DNA from: Gammaproteobacteria bacterium
GTDB lineage: Bacteria > Pseudomonadota > Gammaproteobacteria > UBA4575
NCBI GenBank assembly: GCA_965243395.1
Contig: CBDEUS010000001.1
Coordinates: forward strand, 1,120,001-1,184,000
Length of the DNA stretch: 64,000 nucleotides
Direction: 5' to 3'
Shown: positions 8,568 to 18,663 of the stretch, in pieces
How positions within the stretch are numbered: the first letter of the stretch is position 1
Layout of the letters: the number at the start of each line of letters is the position of its first letter
Made by a program: the position numbers and the translations under genes
The notes under the pieces: generated by a model
The model's input: the letters and a program-made list of their open reading frames with translations, nothing else
The model's database searches: none
What the model was told of the DNA's origin: nothing

Positions 8568-10280
8568 TTACCAAGCAGCAATTCCAAAGCCACTACTTGG
8601 AATGTCAGAGTCTGCTTGAACTGGAGGATAGCGACCCTCTAATTGCAAGTCACCCACTCGGCAATCATCATCACCTGTTGGGTTACCAGCCATATCAAGC
8701 TTATCCCAAATCGTATCTTCACCTGCACAATCTTCAATGACTCTGTAAATTGCGATGGTTGTGAAACCACCTGGTGGATACAACCAATCACCTGAGCTAT
8801 TTTGTCCGATTGCAAATGGCACAGGAGTGTTCAATGCATAAAGATATTCAGTGTCCTTTGGATTTTGGCTAAGTGCTAGATCCAATCCACCTGCTTGATA
8901 CAAGAAATCTCTTTGATCGGGCTGAATTATTCCTCTGTCTCCATCGGTTGCTGGAGAGCTGGAAATTCTATGACGGAAGTTTTCCACTACACCAGAGAAT
9001 TGAGGCACACCATCAACAACAGTCACAGGTGGTCCACCGTCTTCCATAATACAAGTTGTTAAATCCATTCTACGAATAGAAATACCTGAGTTGAAGAAGG
9101 CTTGTGCATACACTGTACTGGTACGTGTTGAAATTTGTGACCAACATGTGTCATCACCAAGGTCAGGCTTGTTTGGTTGAATCCGAACTTTGGCACCAAA
9201 CTTGTTGACAGTAAATTGTGAAGTACCGCCTTGACCACGCTGTTGGAAACTACCATGCGTCATTATCACGCAGTCGTTAAAGTTTCGTCCTTTAACAGGC
9301 AATACAGAAAAACCAAAGTTATCATTACCGGAAGTTTCACTTACAACGGGGTTAGTGAAACGTGGAGCAATATCATCTGGGCTAGCTCCATCAAAGTTAT
9401 AACCTAACATTCTCGCTATACCTCTAGCGATACGAGAACGGTCTCGAATAGGAACACCCCTTCTATTTAACTTGATGACTTCCACGATATCATCTTCCGT
9501 ACCATTTCCTAACGCAAAGAAAGTATTACGTTGTGAAACAATCAACTGACGCCCTTCGTTCAAGAATGACATTTGCGCCGGATCACCGTTCTCGTCACGT
9601 GTAGGTCCATGCGCAATTCTTCGGAATGTACCTCTACGATTGTTAAATCTGTAAATCGTAAATGAAGTTCCTTCAAAATTTTCAATCTCTGGACGCTCGC
9701 CACAAGTAATACCTGTGGGGGCTAAGAAACCAACGGGTAAGCCTGGGCAACCGTTGAACTCAACTTCACCGCTACCGGCGTTGACTGTGGCCACTAAGTC
9801 ACGATTAATTCCGAACGCTCTTCGCGAATCGCGATCAACAGAACGTGGTTCTTGACCAACTGTTGATGCTGTATCAGTAAGTGTTACATCACATTTGTTA
9901 ACACGGAATGCAGAAACAGATCCAGCTAAGCTATCACTTGTAGGATCAAATCCAGCATTAATCATCATTACATACTGAGTTCCTCTATACTCTTTTACGA
10001 TTACAGAGAACTGACCTGATGTAACAATGCCGTCATCGTTACCATAGCCACCGGATTCTGCGCGCTGTACTTCTGTAAGAGTTCCATCTGATGCTCTTGC
10101 AAAAACAATCAGGCGGTTTTGCTGTGGATTACCATCATCATCACGCTTTACCCGATTTTCGTTTACATATACCGCGCCTTTGGTTAAGTCATAACCGCAG
10201 TCGCGCGCCATCACACCAGAAAATGGAGCTAATAGAAGCACCATTCCTAGCGATAGCATAATTGATATAGATATTTTCAT
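8568..10280 (-). CDS. Secreted lactonase-like beta-propeller protein
   Basis: GGAGG then ATG at 10280 (MKISISIMLSLGMVLLLAPFSGVMA signal peptide). AVYVNEN...LIVFARASDGTLT...SGGYG and NAGSG repeats are typical of the lactonase propeller family; ends FGIAAW; Cys-rich. Confidence 0.7.
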   Translation of the reverse strand: MKISISIMLSLGMVLLLAPFSGVMARDCGYDLTKGAVYVNENRVKRDDDGNPQQNRLIVFARASDGTLTEVQRAESGGYGNDDGIVTSGQFSVIVKEYRGTQYVMMINAGFDPTSDSLAGSVSAFRVNKCDVTLTDTASTVGQEPRSVDRDSRRAFGINRDLVATVNAGSGEVEFNGCPGLPVGFLAPTGITCGERPEIENFEGTSFTIYRFNNRRGTFRRIAHGPTRDENGDPAQMSFLNEGRQLIVSQRNTFFALGNGTEDDIVEVIKLNRRGVPIRDRSRIARGIARMLGYNFDGASPDDIAPRFTNPVVSETSGNDNFGFSVLPVKGRNFNDCVIMTHGSFQQRGQGGTSQFTVNKFGAKVRIQPNKPDLGDDTCWSQISTRTSTVYAQAFFNSGISIRRMDLTTCIMEDGGPPVTVVDGVPQFSGVVENFRHRISSSPATDGDRGIIQPDQRDFLYQAGGLDLALSQNPKDTEYLYALNTPVPFAIGQNSSGDWLYPPGGFTTIAIYRVIEDCAGEDTIWDKLDMAGNPTGDDDCRVGDLQLEGRYPPVQADSDIPSSGFGIAAW

Positions 10281-10328
10281 ATCCTCCCTCCTAGTAGTCA
10301 TAAGATACGAGACATGCAGTTGCGATCA

Positions 10329-10364
10329 TGCAAAGCAATCCGCAAATAACTTCATCACTGAAGT
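10329..10364 (-). promoter_or_regulatory. Candidate ANTAR-target tandem hexaloop hairpins
   Basis: Minus strand ACTTC[AGTGAT]GAAGT-TATT-TGCGG[ATTGCT]TTGCA; both loops have A1 and G4; adjacent to an ANTAR regulator gene. Confidence 0.55.
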
Positions 10365-10648
10365 GCATGCTTCATTTTTTTGAAATTTAGTTTTGATTGT
10401 TTAAGAACGTCGCCTTAATCAAATCTAACTAAATTTCATTTGCCACTGCGTAAACACGCAGCGAACAAAACTAAAATTCGTAGATTGATTCAGGCTGGTA
10501 CGAGGCCTGTAAGAATTGAAACGTCAAAGTTTTGGACGTTTGATGGCTCTTAATTGTATTAAGAGTAAAGAAATGGACTGTGTTTAGGTCCGTGAGTGAA
10601 TTTCAAAGATTTTGGAAATTACTCTTTTATGCTTATATTTAGCTATGC

Positions 10649-10677
10649 TTTATAGGCCAATAATGCAATTAAATCAA
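10649..10677 (-). promoter_or_regulatory. Putative sigma70 promoter for the beta-propeller gene, giving a ~360-nt leader
   Basis: TTGATT-17 nt-TATAAA on the minus strand. Confidence 0.5.
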
Positions 10678-10791
10678 GGACTAATCGACTTTTTTAGATT
10701 GAATTAAAATTCAATTTTGCGAAACTTGATAAATTTTAGTGAGTTACACCAAGATTTCTTAATTTACTTAAAGCACTTAGCTTAAATAAGG

Positions 10792-11415
10792 TTAATTTAA
10801 CTTGGCTTGGGATCGCTCAAACATATCGCCCGTAAAACGGTTTACATTGTCAATCGATTTCACTAGCTCGGAAGCGATCAAACCTACCTTTTTGCGTTGA
10901 TTTCGAGATTCTGTACGTAACATCTCAAATGCTTGATCACTACTGATGTTAAAGCGCGCCATAAGAATGCCAATCGCAATGCTTGTTTCACGCCCTTGCT
11001 GCAAAGCTATGTTTAATTGTGACTCAGTCTGTTTCAGTGACCTGATATCCTCTGCCCGTTGCATCGCTGACTCAATAGTAGGTAACACATGCTGTACATC
11101 AATAGGTTTGACTAAATATCCTAGTGCACCGGCATTAGCCGCTTCTGTGACAAACTCATCATCTGAATATGCAGAGAGAAATATACAAGAAACATCTGCT
11201 TTATCCCTGAGCTCCAGGGCAGCATCGACGCCTGAAATATCAGGCATTCTAAAATCCATAATGGCAAGATCAGGTTTGACTTCACAACCGATTTCTACAG
11301 CTTGCTTACCATTCTCTGCCTCTAAGACATCGAAATCATACTGACGCAGGTTTTTAGCTAGAGTAACCCGAATTACGCGGTCATCATCCGCGAGTAGTAT
11401 TTGTGCTTTAGACAT
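10792..11415 (-). CDS. REC-ANTAR response regulator (PdtaR/EutV-like)
   Basis: Receiver (LADDD, IMDFRMP, FLSA, YLVKP), coiled coil, ANTAR (IAIGILMARFNISSDQAFEMLRTESRNQRKKV). Confidence 0.92.
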   Translation of the reverse strand: MSKAQILLADDDRVIRVTLAKNLRQYDFDVLEAENGKQAVEIGCEVKPDLAIMDFRMPDISGVDAALELRDKADVSCIFLSAYSDDEFVTEAANAGALGYLVKPIDVQHVLPTIESAMQRAEDIRSLKQTESQLNIALQQGRETSIAIGILMARFNISSDQAFEMLRTESRNQRKKVGLIASELVKSIDNVNRFTGDMFERSQAKLN

Positions 11416-11597
11416 GCTTCTCCTCCAAGTAGCAGACCTAAATTATAATTTTTTTATAGTTATAAAGGATCTTCGTCCTTTTGCTTAACAAGTTTAACAG
11501 ACTTTAATTAAACTTGAATTTACTTTAATTAAATTTTAATTTTGCAATAATTAGCTATAATATTTCTTATTATTATTAATACTTTATCAGCTAATTA

Positions 11598-14500
11598 TCA
11601 TATTGCTTCTAGAATATTGAGCTCTGAAGCTAACATATTTAAAACAACCGGTGGGTAAAGTGTAAGCGTTGCTTTTACATAATTATCGACTTGTTCATAC
11701 TGTAACTCAGCACCTTCTGGTGGCATTAAAGACTGCACCATCCCTAGGCCCACACCCCCACTCTCCAAATTCTCATCAAAATCAAATGAGTCCAGTTTCT
11801 CAATGATATTGGCGACAGCGATCTCAACCTTGTCGTCTTGATTTTTTATTATTACTCGCACTCCATTTGAATCGACAGCTTCTACTGCACGATGCTTCAT
11901 TGCATTGGTGACTAATTCAGAAATAATAAGTGACACTGCTACGGTCTCTTCTTCCCATAACTCTAAATGCTCGGAATCTTCACACAGCACTTCAAAAGAA
12001 ATTTCTTGGGAAAATAATTTACTTGATGCTTGTGTTATACGACTAACAAGTTCAACCAAATTTACTAACCTATACTCAGAATCAATCATCAAATTATTAA
12101 CAATAGAAATAGTATCTACCTGGTTAATAGAAGTTACCAAAACATCACGAAGTTGAGGATACGTATCTAAATTGACTTTTAATAACCCAACGATTGCTTG
12201 TAAATTATTTTTAATACGATGTCGCATTTCACGACTGACTTCATCACGTTGCACCTTAATATGATCAAGCCTCTCTTGCTGGCTTGTACTACGCTGAGTT
12301 ATATCTCGACATAATATTCTCAGCTCTCGTGGCATACCTGCTTGAGCTTGGATCAAACGTAACCGTTGGTGAGTATTTATAAGATCACCCTCTTTTGTAA
12401 GCATTCGCACTTCCATTTCAAACTCATTCACTTGATCTTCAAAAACAACACTAAAGTGACGACTGGCACGACGAATATCATTCTCGTGAATCAAGTTCCA
12501 AATTGGTTTATGCAACAACTCATCTTTTTCATATCCTAAATATTCTGAGCAAAATTGATTCACGGATTGAATAATGCCGTTAGCATCAACTGAGAAATAC
12601 ATATCCGGTGCATTTTCGTATAAATCCTGCAATCTATTTTGACTTCGAAGCAATTGTTGTTCCATTTCAACGCGTTCACTAACATCATGAACAAGAGCCA
12701 AACATGTTTGGTTTGATTTAAATAAATTAGCCGATTTAGACGCTGCCCATTCTGTATGCTTAACTTTTCCTTCGGCATCCTGAATTTGCAAACTAAACTG
12801 GTTTTCATTTGCATCAGCTTCCAACATGTATTTATGCAGTTTATCTAAGGCTTCCTTCTGATTTGGGTGTTTTAATGGCCAGTGGTTTGGTGACTTCCCG
12901 AAGACTTCATTCTCACTCCAACCTAAAATTTGCCTGGCTTGTTCAGACCATCTTGTTATAGCGCCCTCAACATTCCATTCGATGATGGCCGTAGGAGAAT
13001 TTTGCAAATGCAGATCCAATGTTTGTTTGGCTTTTTCCTGTCTTTGTTCAGCAAATTGGCTTTGTAATCGATTTGATATCCACTCCGCCATCATCTGCAC
13101 ATACTGTATTTCACTGTCTGTAAATTCATCTGCACGTGGTTCAATACTAGAAAAATTTAAAGTGCCGTAAGGTCTATTATCCAAATACACTGGAGCACCA
13201 ATATAGGCTTCAAGCTGAAGTTCAGAATACGCGGGATGATGAACAATCTCAGTCTGCTTGGCATGCGCAAATCCCATTGCATTTCTCGATTCAATTAATA
13301 ACTGACAATAGGTCAACCCTAGTTCAAATTTATCACCTGATTGTATTTTATAAGATGATGATGTGGTGTGTACTTGCATCACAGTATAACGATCGCCCTC
13401 TATATAAGAAAAAATTCCACATTTCATATCTAAATGCTGACAACCACTTACTAGCAAACATTGTATTTGGTTATGTAGAGTGGTTTCTTCTACTGAAATA
13501 ATAGAATAAAAAGAATGTAAGGCATCTTCATTACGCCGTAATGCAATTTCAGCATGTTTACGTTTGGTAATATCCGCGGTCGTTCCAATCACTCGTAATG
13601 GTTTTCCATTTTCATCGCGTTCTAAAATTCGGCCACGATCATGCACCCATCGCCATTCACCTGACTTGTGTTTAAGACGATGTTCATGCTCATAAAAATC
13701 GGTATCACCTTGTATGTGAGCATTAAACGCATGTTTTGTTTCGTTTAAGTCATTTTTGTGAATCAAAGATTCCCATGGGTGCTTGTCATGCAATAGCTCT
13801 TCTTTTAAATAACCTATTAATTCATACCAGCGATCATCGAAATAAAATTCATCCTTACCTAAATCTATTTCCCATACACCATCTTGTGTACTTTCCAACG
13901 CAAGCTGTAAGCGTTGCTGCTGTTTGCGCACTTTCTCTGTGGCTTCGAATCGTCGTTGACGGTCTTTTTGATACAAATAAAACGCAATAACAACTGCAGC
14001 AAGAATCGCTAAAAACTTAAGCAGCCCGTTAAGAATGATATCTTTCAATCTTTCAGAGAATAACGTTGCATTATGAAGCGATACCACATCCCACTGTGTA
14101 CCACTAATGGAAGCCACTGCACCTACACGTTGCATATCATCGGGCTCTAAATAAACATCATTGACTAATTCTAAATCTGTGCCTGGAGTAGCTAATTCGA
14201 CAAACCCTGGTACATCTTGGCGCCACAGTACAAGCTGGTAATCAACATTTTGATGTTTGTAAAGTAGTGGTTGTACTAATTCAGGTGGAAAGCTAACACC
14301 GAAAATTCCAAGAAAATTATTTTTGTGATTCCAAGGAACAATAATATTGAAATGGTCATGCTCAGAATTACGATGCATTCGCACAGCGTACTCTATCTGA
14401 CTTTCACTGATTGACGGCAATAAATAAACTTCTGGTTTGTTTTGCTGTGTGCCATCCGAATCAATTATTAATTTGCCTTGCTTATCCCATATAAGAAAAT

Positions 14501-14927
14501 TAAGTGCATCAGGGTAGCTACTACTAATCTCACGATTAAGTATTCTAATTGCGGGAGAATCAGTCTTTTTACTTTGCTTGGCTTCATTTAGTAACTCAGT
14601 ATGATTCTCAGCAAACATACCCAGACTGTATTCCATCTGCTCAACATAATTCGCTATTTCATTAGCTGCAGACCATGATGAGCGCTGCATCAATTCTGTT
14701 TGAGACTTTTCGAATTGCGAGTAGTGCTCCCAACCACTCCACAGAAGCAAAGCTAAAACAACAGACAATAGGAACACTACAACTGAAAGCGGAACCCTTT
14801 GCTTAACAAAAGGTAACTTCGCAGTTGAAGCAAACCAAGTTTTGCTATCAGCCGAGATAACTCCTCCTTTACGGCAACCTCCCAACCAATGCGTTACTCT
14901 TATAATTCTTACTCGATGTACGAGCAC
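11598..14927 (-). CDS. Membrane sensor histidine kinase: periplasmic domain, PAS-GAF-PAS-PAS, HisKA_2
   Basis: Two TM segments; PAS/PAC (DGVWE...RWVHDRG...DIT); GAF (YIGAPV...YGTLNFSS); H-box EMRHRIKNNLQ; N-box ELVTNAMKH. Start uncertain. Confidence 0.9.
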   Translation of the reverse strand: MLVHRVRIIRVTHWLGGCRKGGVISADSKTWFASTAKLPFVKQRVPLSVVVFLLSVVLALLLWSGWEHYSQFEKSQTELMQRSSWSAANEIANYVEQMEYSLGMFAENHTELLNEAKQSKKTDSPAIRILNREISSSYPDALNFLIWDKQGKLIIDSDGTQQNKPEVYLLPSISESQIEYAVRMHRNSEHDHFNIIVPWNHKNNFLGIFGVSFPPELVQPLLYKHQNVDYQLVLWRQDVPGFVELATPGTDLELVNDVYLEPDDMQRVGAVASISGTQWDVVSLHNATLFSERLKDIILNGLLKFLAILAAVVIAFYLYQKDRQRRFEATEKVRKQQQRLQLALESTQDGVWEIDLGKDEFYFDDRWYELIGYLKEELLHDKHPWESLIHKNDLNETKHAFNAHIQGDTDFYEHEHRLKHKSGEWRWVHDRGRILERDENGKPLRVIGTTADITKRKHAEIALRRNEDALHSFYSIISVEETTLHNQIQCLLVSGCQHLDMKCGIFSYIEGDRYTVMQVHTTSSSYKIQSGDKFELGLTYCQLLIESRNAMGFAHAKQTEIVHHPAYSELQLEAYIGAPVYLDNRPYGTLNFSSIEPRADEFTDSEIQYVQMMAEWISNRLQSQFAEQRQEKAKQTLDLHLQNSPTAIIEWNVEGAITRWSEQARQILGWSENEVFGKSPNHWPLKHPNQKEALDKLHKYMLEADANENQFSLQIQDAEGKVKHTEWAASKSANLFKSNQTCLALVHDVSERVEMEQQLLRSQNRLQDLYENAPDMYFSVDANGIIQSVNQFCSEYLGYEKDELLHKPIWNLIHENDIRRASRHFSVVFEDQVNEFEMEVRMLTKEGDLINTHQRLRLIQAQAGMPRELRILCRDITQRSTSQQERLDHIKVQRDEVSREMRHRIKNNLQAIVGLLKVNLDTYPQLRDVLVTSINQVDTISIVNNLMIDSEYRLVNLVELVSRITQASSKLFSQEISFEVLCEDSEHLELWEEETVAVSLIISELVTNAMKHRAVEAVDSNGVRVIIKNQDDKVEIAVANIIEKLDSFDFDENLESGGVGLGMVQSLMPPEGAELQYEQVDNYVKATLTLYPPVVLNMLASELNILEAI

Positions 14928-15055
14928 TGCTTCTTTTATGAATTTTTATTAAGCAAGCTGTCTAATATACTTTAATACTGCTTATCGAATCTAATTAATA
15001 AATTTAATAGTTTTTGCTAATACCTGTTCAATCACTTTATTTATAGGTTGATCCT

Positions 15056-17347
15056 TTACCATTTAATTCCATGGTGCTCAATGGCTTTAATTTTGGCTTC
15101 TGAATTGCTCAATTCCGGAATATCTAATCCATCCAGCTTGTTACGTAATTCTTGTGTTGCTTCTCTTGCCTCAGATGCATTTCGAATTGCAGTAGGAGTG
15201 ATAAGAACGAGAAGCTCTGTGCGCTCAGATGACTTGGTTGTAGTACCGAACAATGGGCCCAGTACTGGTAAATTACGTAATCCTGGGACACCTATGTTGC
15301 CATCAGAATTTGTATCTTGAATAAGGCCCCCAAGTACAATTGTATCGCCACTCGGGACAGAAACTGAGGTGCTTACTTCACGTTGATCAATTGTAGGTGA
15401 ATCTATTGCAGATGAAGTCGTGGGATTTGCAGTACGTATATTTTGATAGATATCCATTACAACCGTACCATTTTGACTCACTCTGGGTGCTACTTGCAGC
15501 GTCACACCTGTTTCAACAAACTGAATAGTACTTGTCACTAAATCACTTGTACCCGTATTCGTAGATTCTGAAGTACGCACAGGGACTTGATCACCTACAT
15601 TTATTGAAGCCGTATGATTATCAAGCACCATTAATGACGGTGATGAAAGAACTTGCATCTTGTCATCTTGAGCAAGCGCACTTAGAACAGCTCGAACAAT
15701 TCCACCCGAATCTACTAATGAATAAGAAAATCCACCGTTTGTAGTCGCACCAATTAGTCCTGCATCTGCACCACCTACACCATCACCTAATCTACCAATA
15801 CCCGTATTTCCATCAATGTCATTATTTCTGAAAAACCACTGTGTTCCATATTCCAAATCACCTGTGAGTTCTACTTCTACAATAGTAGCTTCAAGCAATA
15901 CTTGTAATGGCGAAATATCTAAACGTTTAATTGCATCTTCTATGTCTTTATATTCTTCATTTGTGGCTTTTACTACCAAAGCATTATTTTCTTCATCAGC
16001 AATAATTTTAATTGGACTGTTATTATTACCACTTCCATTCGTTCCACTATTGAATGTATCTGAAGAAGAAAAACGTTCTGTATTAGGACTTAAACTTCCT
16101 GGCAGTGAAGCACCTGCACCAGTTGGAACACCTGCGCTTATTCCATCAGCATCGCCACTAATAAATCCAGAATCCGAATTACCAATACCAGAGCTTTGAC
16201 TCACTCCACCCGATAATCCAGGTGCTAGGGCAGCAGGATCTTGTCCTTCTTGCGTGGATACGTCCGCATCAAATAACTCCGACAATATTTGCGCTAAGTA
16301 TCCAGCACGTAAATTTTGTACAAAATATACGTGCAAGGTGCGTGCAATGGTGTTATCGACCCGATCTAAGCGATCGATCCACTGTGAAACCGTATTTAAA
16401 TAACGACGCTGTGGAGTTATAGCGAGAATTGCATTTAAACGTTCTATTTCAACAAAGCGTAAAATATCGACTTGTTTCTCTTGTCCACTAAAACCAAAAA
16501 TTGAATTTAATTCTTCTATAACTTTTTTAGCAGAAGATGAGGTCAATCTGAAAATGGCAGTAGACATCCCTTTGAATTGATCTACATCAAATATCTCCAC
16601 TGTATCCAGCATATTCTTTAATTCCGCCTGGGTACCCGAAACTAACAAAATATTTCTACCAGGATCTGTTTGGATCATGGCATTTTCACCTTGCAAGGAA
16701 CGCAGAACGTTTTTCATTTCTGTTGCTGAAATATACTGCAATGGCACAACAATAATTTGATAACCTTTTTGACGATCTAACTCATAAGAAGGCGTTACTA
16801 CACTACTTAAGCCCTCGCTGGCTGGAAGTATTTGAAAAATTCCTTCATTTTCAGCCAGTACCGCATTGTTAGCTTTGAGTATATTTTCCATCACGGGTAT
16901 CAATGCCTCTTTAGCCAATGGTCGACCCGTTTTAAGGCTGACCGTGCCTGTTACACGCTCATCAACCACATATGCACGACCCAACAAATCTCCAAGAATA
17001 GTCGCAGCAACCTCTTCAATGGGTGCATCTTGAAACATTAATGTGATATCACCAGTAGCACTATCGGATAAACCTGATGATCCAGGTCTTGCTGTAAACG
17101 TACCCGTTCCGGGATAAAACTCTGCAGCACGCTCTTCAGGTTTAGTAGGAGTATTAGATTCTCCATCTGCTGATGTAGCAGTATCAACTTCTATATTTTT
17201 TGTTGAAGTCTTAGCAACATCATCTACGCTAACTTCTGGCTGATTATTAGAAGAATTTGTTGTCGTGCAACCACTGAAAATAAAAACCAACGCTACAAAT
17301 ACAAAATGTAAGCATTTTTGAAAATCTGAAAGTTTGAATCTATTCAT
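15056..17347 (-). CDS. gspD: T2SS secretin, probably a lipoprotein
   Basis: Secretin C-domain (QVLLEATIVEV, SSPSLMVLDN, LGGLI, TELLVLITP); lipobox IFSGC. Likely start ATG 17347. Confidence 0.93.
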   Translation of the reverse strand: MNRFKLSDFQKCLHFVFVALVFIFSGCTTTNSSNNQPEVSVDDVAKTSTKNIEVDTATSADGESNTPTKPEERAAEFYPGTGTFTARPGSSGLSDSATGDITLMFQDAPIEEVAATILGDLLGRAYVVDERVTGTVSLKTGRPLAKEALIPVMENILKANNAVLAENEGIFQILPASEGLSSVVTPSYELDRQKGYQIIVVPLQYISATEMKNVLRSLQGENAMIQTDPGRNILLVSGTQAELKNMLDTVEIFDVDQFKGMSTAIFRLTSSSAKKVIEELNSIFGFSGQEKQVDILRFVEIERLNAILAITPQRRYLNTVSQWIDRLDRVDNTIARTLHVYFVQNLRAGYLAQILSELFDADVSTQEGQDPAALAPGLSGGVSQSSGIGNSDSGFISGDADGISAGVPTGAGASLPGSLSPNTERFSSSDTFNSGTNGSGNNNSPIKIIADEENNALVVKATNEEYKDIEDAIKRLDISPLQVLLEATIVEVELTGDLEYGTQWFFRNNDIDGNTGIGRLGDGVGGADAGLIGATTNGGFSYSLVDSGGIVRAVLSALAQDDKMQVLSSPSLMVLDNHTASINVGDQVPVRTSESTNTGTSDLVTSTIQFVETGVTLQVAPRVSQNGTVVMDIYQNIRTANPTTSSAIDSPTIDQREVSTSVSVPSGDTIVLGGLIQDTNSDGNIGVPGLRNLPVLGPLFGTTTKSSERTELLVLITPTAIRNASEAREATQELRNKLDGLDIPELSNSEAKIKAIEHHGIKW

Positions 17348-17736
17348 AAAAACCTTATGTTTAACAAGCAAACAAAGAATTGTTTGATAAACACCAAACA
17401 ATTACATAATTAAATGTAAGTTGTATTAAACACGATGGTTAACGCACAATTAATTGCACGCTACCTCCTCCAATATATTTATTATTTTCGATACTTAAGA
17501 GGCTATTGCTCTGAAGCTAATTGCACCAAATTAGTGAGGGCGGGGTCTGGGGCCGTAAAAGGTGCTTATTTATCAATTATTTGTCTACACGTTACGCGGC
17601 AGACTCTAAAGAGTCAATGGAAATCTAAAATACAGTATAAATCTTAAGGTTAAATTATTTTTATTGGGATTAAATAATCAGTGCTTTATTAGTGAGTTAA
17701 CTAAGGACTACAAACAAAGTAAAAAATTTTTAGATT

Positions 17737-18654
17737 TTAATCATCAAAAATTTTAGCGCCAAGAGCCTCTAATGCCCGTAATTCATCCTCTGTAATATCT
17801 TCATCATCATAAAAATCTTCATCATCAATTTCTAACGATGCATCTTCCCAGTCACCCAATAATTCATCGCCTAAATCACTGTAACCGCTATCTTCGTTAT
17901 AGCTAATATCTTTATCGTTTACTGCAGGTATTTTTATTGGTGATTTTCTTAACGAACTTCCCCCCGACTTAGTTTCACGTATTCTGGGCACTTCATTAAT
18001 ATTATCTGACTGACCCGTTTTCGTCTTATTGTTCCATGATTTACTCGTCACTTTTTGTTTTGGCAGATCTTCCGTATCACCATCCGCAGATCTCTGATAA
18101 GCACGAACCGCACTACTCGTTGTACGATTTATTTTACTTTTGTTTAATTGACTAATCAGCTTTGCTTGTTTTGCTTTACTACTCCCTTCAATAGGTGTGA
18201 CGAAAAGCTTATATTCTATTTCTGCATTTTGAAACTTCACATAATCAGATGATACTTCCGCAATTTTCCAATTTTTATAATTTTCCCCAACTTTTAATCT
18301 TTCCATCTGTTTTGCTTTTGTATCTGCAATAATTCCAACTTGCACGTCTGTACTTCTTGCAGTCCCTACTAAAATGAGATGTGATAATTCATTAACAGTA
18401 GTAACTTGACTTAGAGTATTTGAACCCGGCGCTGGAAACCGTCCTTTTACAAACAAAGGCCTTTGAGTGATTTCAGAATAATTTTCTATGTCACCTAATA
18501 ATCCAAATTGCGGTAGCTCGTAGTCAATGGATTTAGCAATATCTTTATCAGTGTTTGGTATATCTAATTCATTTGAATCCAGCGGGTAAGACATCACTTG
18601 ATAGGCAAATAGTGCTAACAATGCTAAACAAATTGTACTCAAGAATATCTTCAC
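17737..18654 (-). CDS. T2SS GspC/XpsN-like protein with an acidic C-terminal tail
   Basis: N-terminal TM, RPLF motif, LVGT..., lies between gspM and gspD; D/E-rich tail. Confidence 0.65.
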   Translation of the reverse strand: MKIFLSTICLALLALFAYQVMSYPLDSNELDIPNTDKDIAKSIDYELPQFGLLGDIENYSEITQRPLFVKGRFPAPGSNTLSQVTTVNELSHLILVGTARSTDVQVGIIADTKAKQMERLKVGENYKNWKIAEVSSDYVKFQNAEIEYKLFVTPIEGSSKAKQAKLISQLNKSKINRTTSSAVRAYQRSADGDTEDLPKQKVTSKSWNNKTKTGQSDNINEVPRIRETKSGGSSLRKSPIKIPAVNDKDISYNEDSGYSDLGDELLGDWEDASLEIDDEDFYDDEDITEDELRALEALGAKIFDD

Positions 18655-18663
18655 AATAACTTC

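Noticed and set aside
10300-10440. Chain of tiny uORFs (MKFS, MKHALQ, MKLFADCFA) in the beta-propeller leader
   Set aside because: No SD sequences; expected by chance in AT-rich DNA.
10446-10624. Possible CRISPR array
   Set aside because: Periodic hairpins but no identical direct repeats and no cas genes.
17435-17647. 70-aa ORF and G-rich tract (GGGCGGGGTCTGGGG) upstream of gspD
   Set aside because: The ORF is on the opposite strand to the cluster with no motif; only three good G-runs, so a quadruplex is weakly supported.
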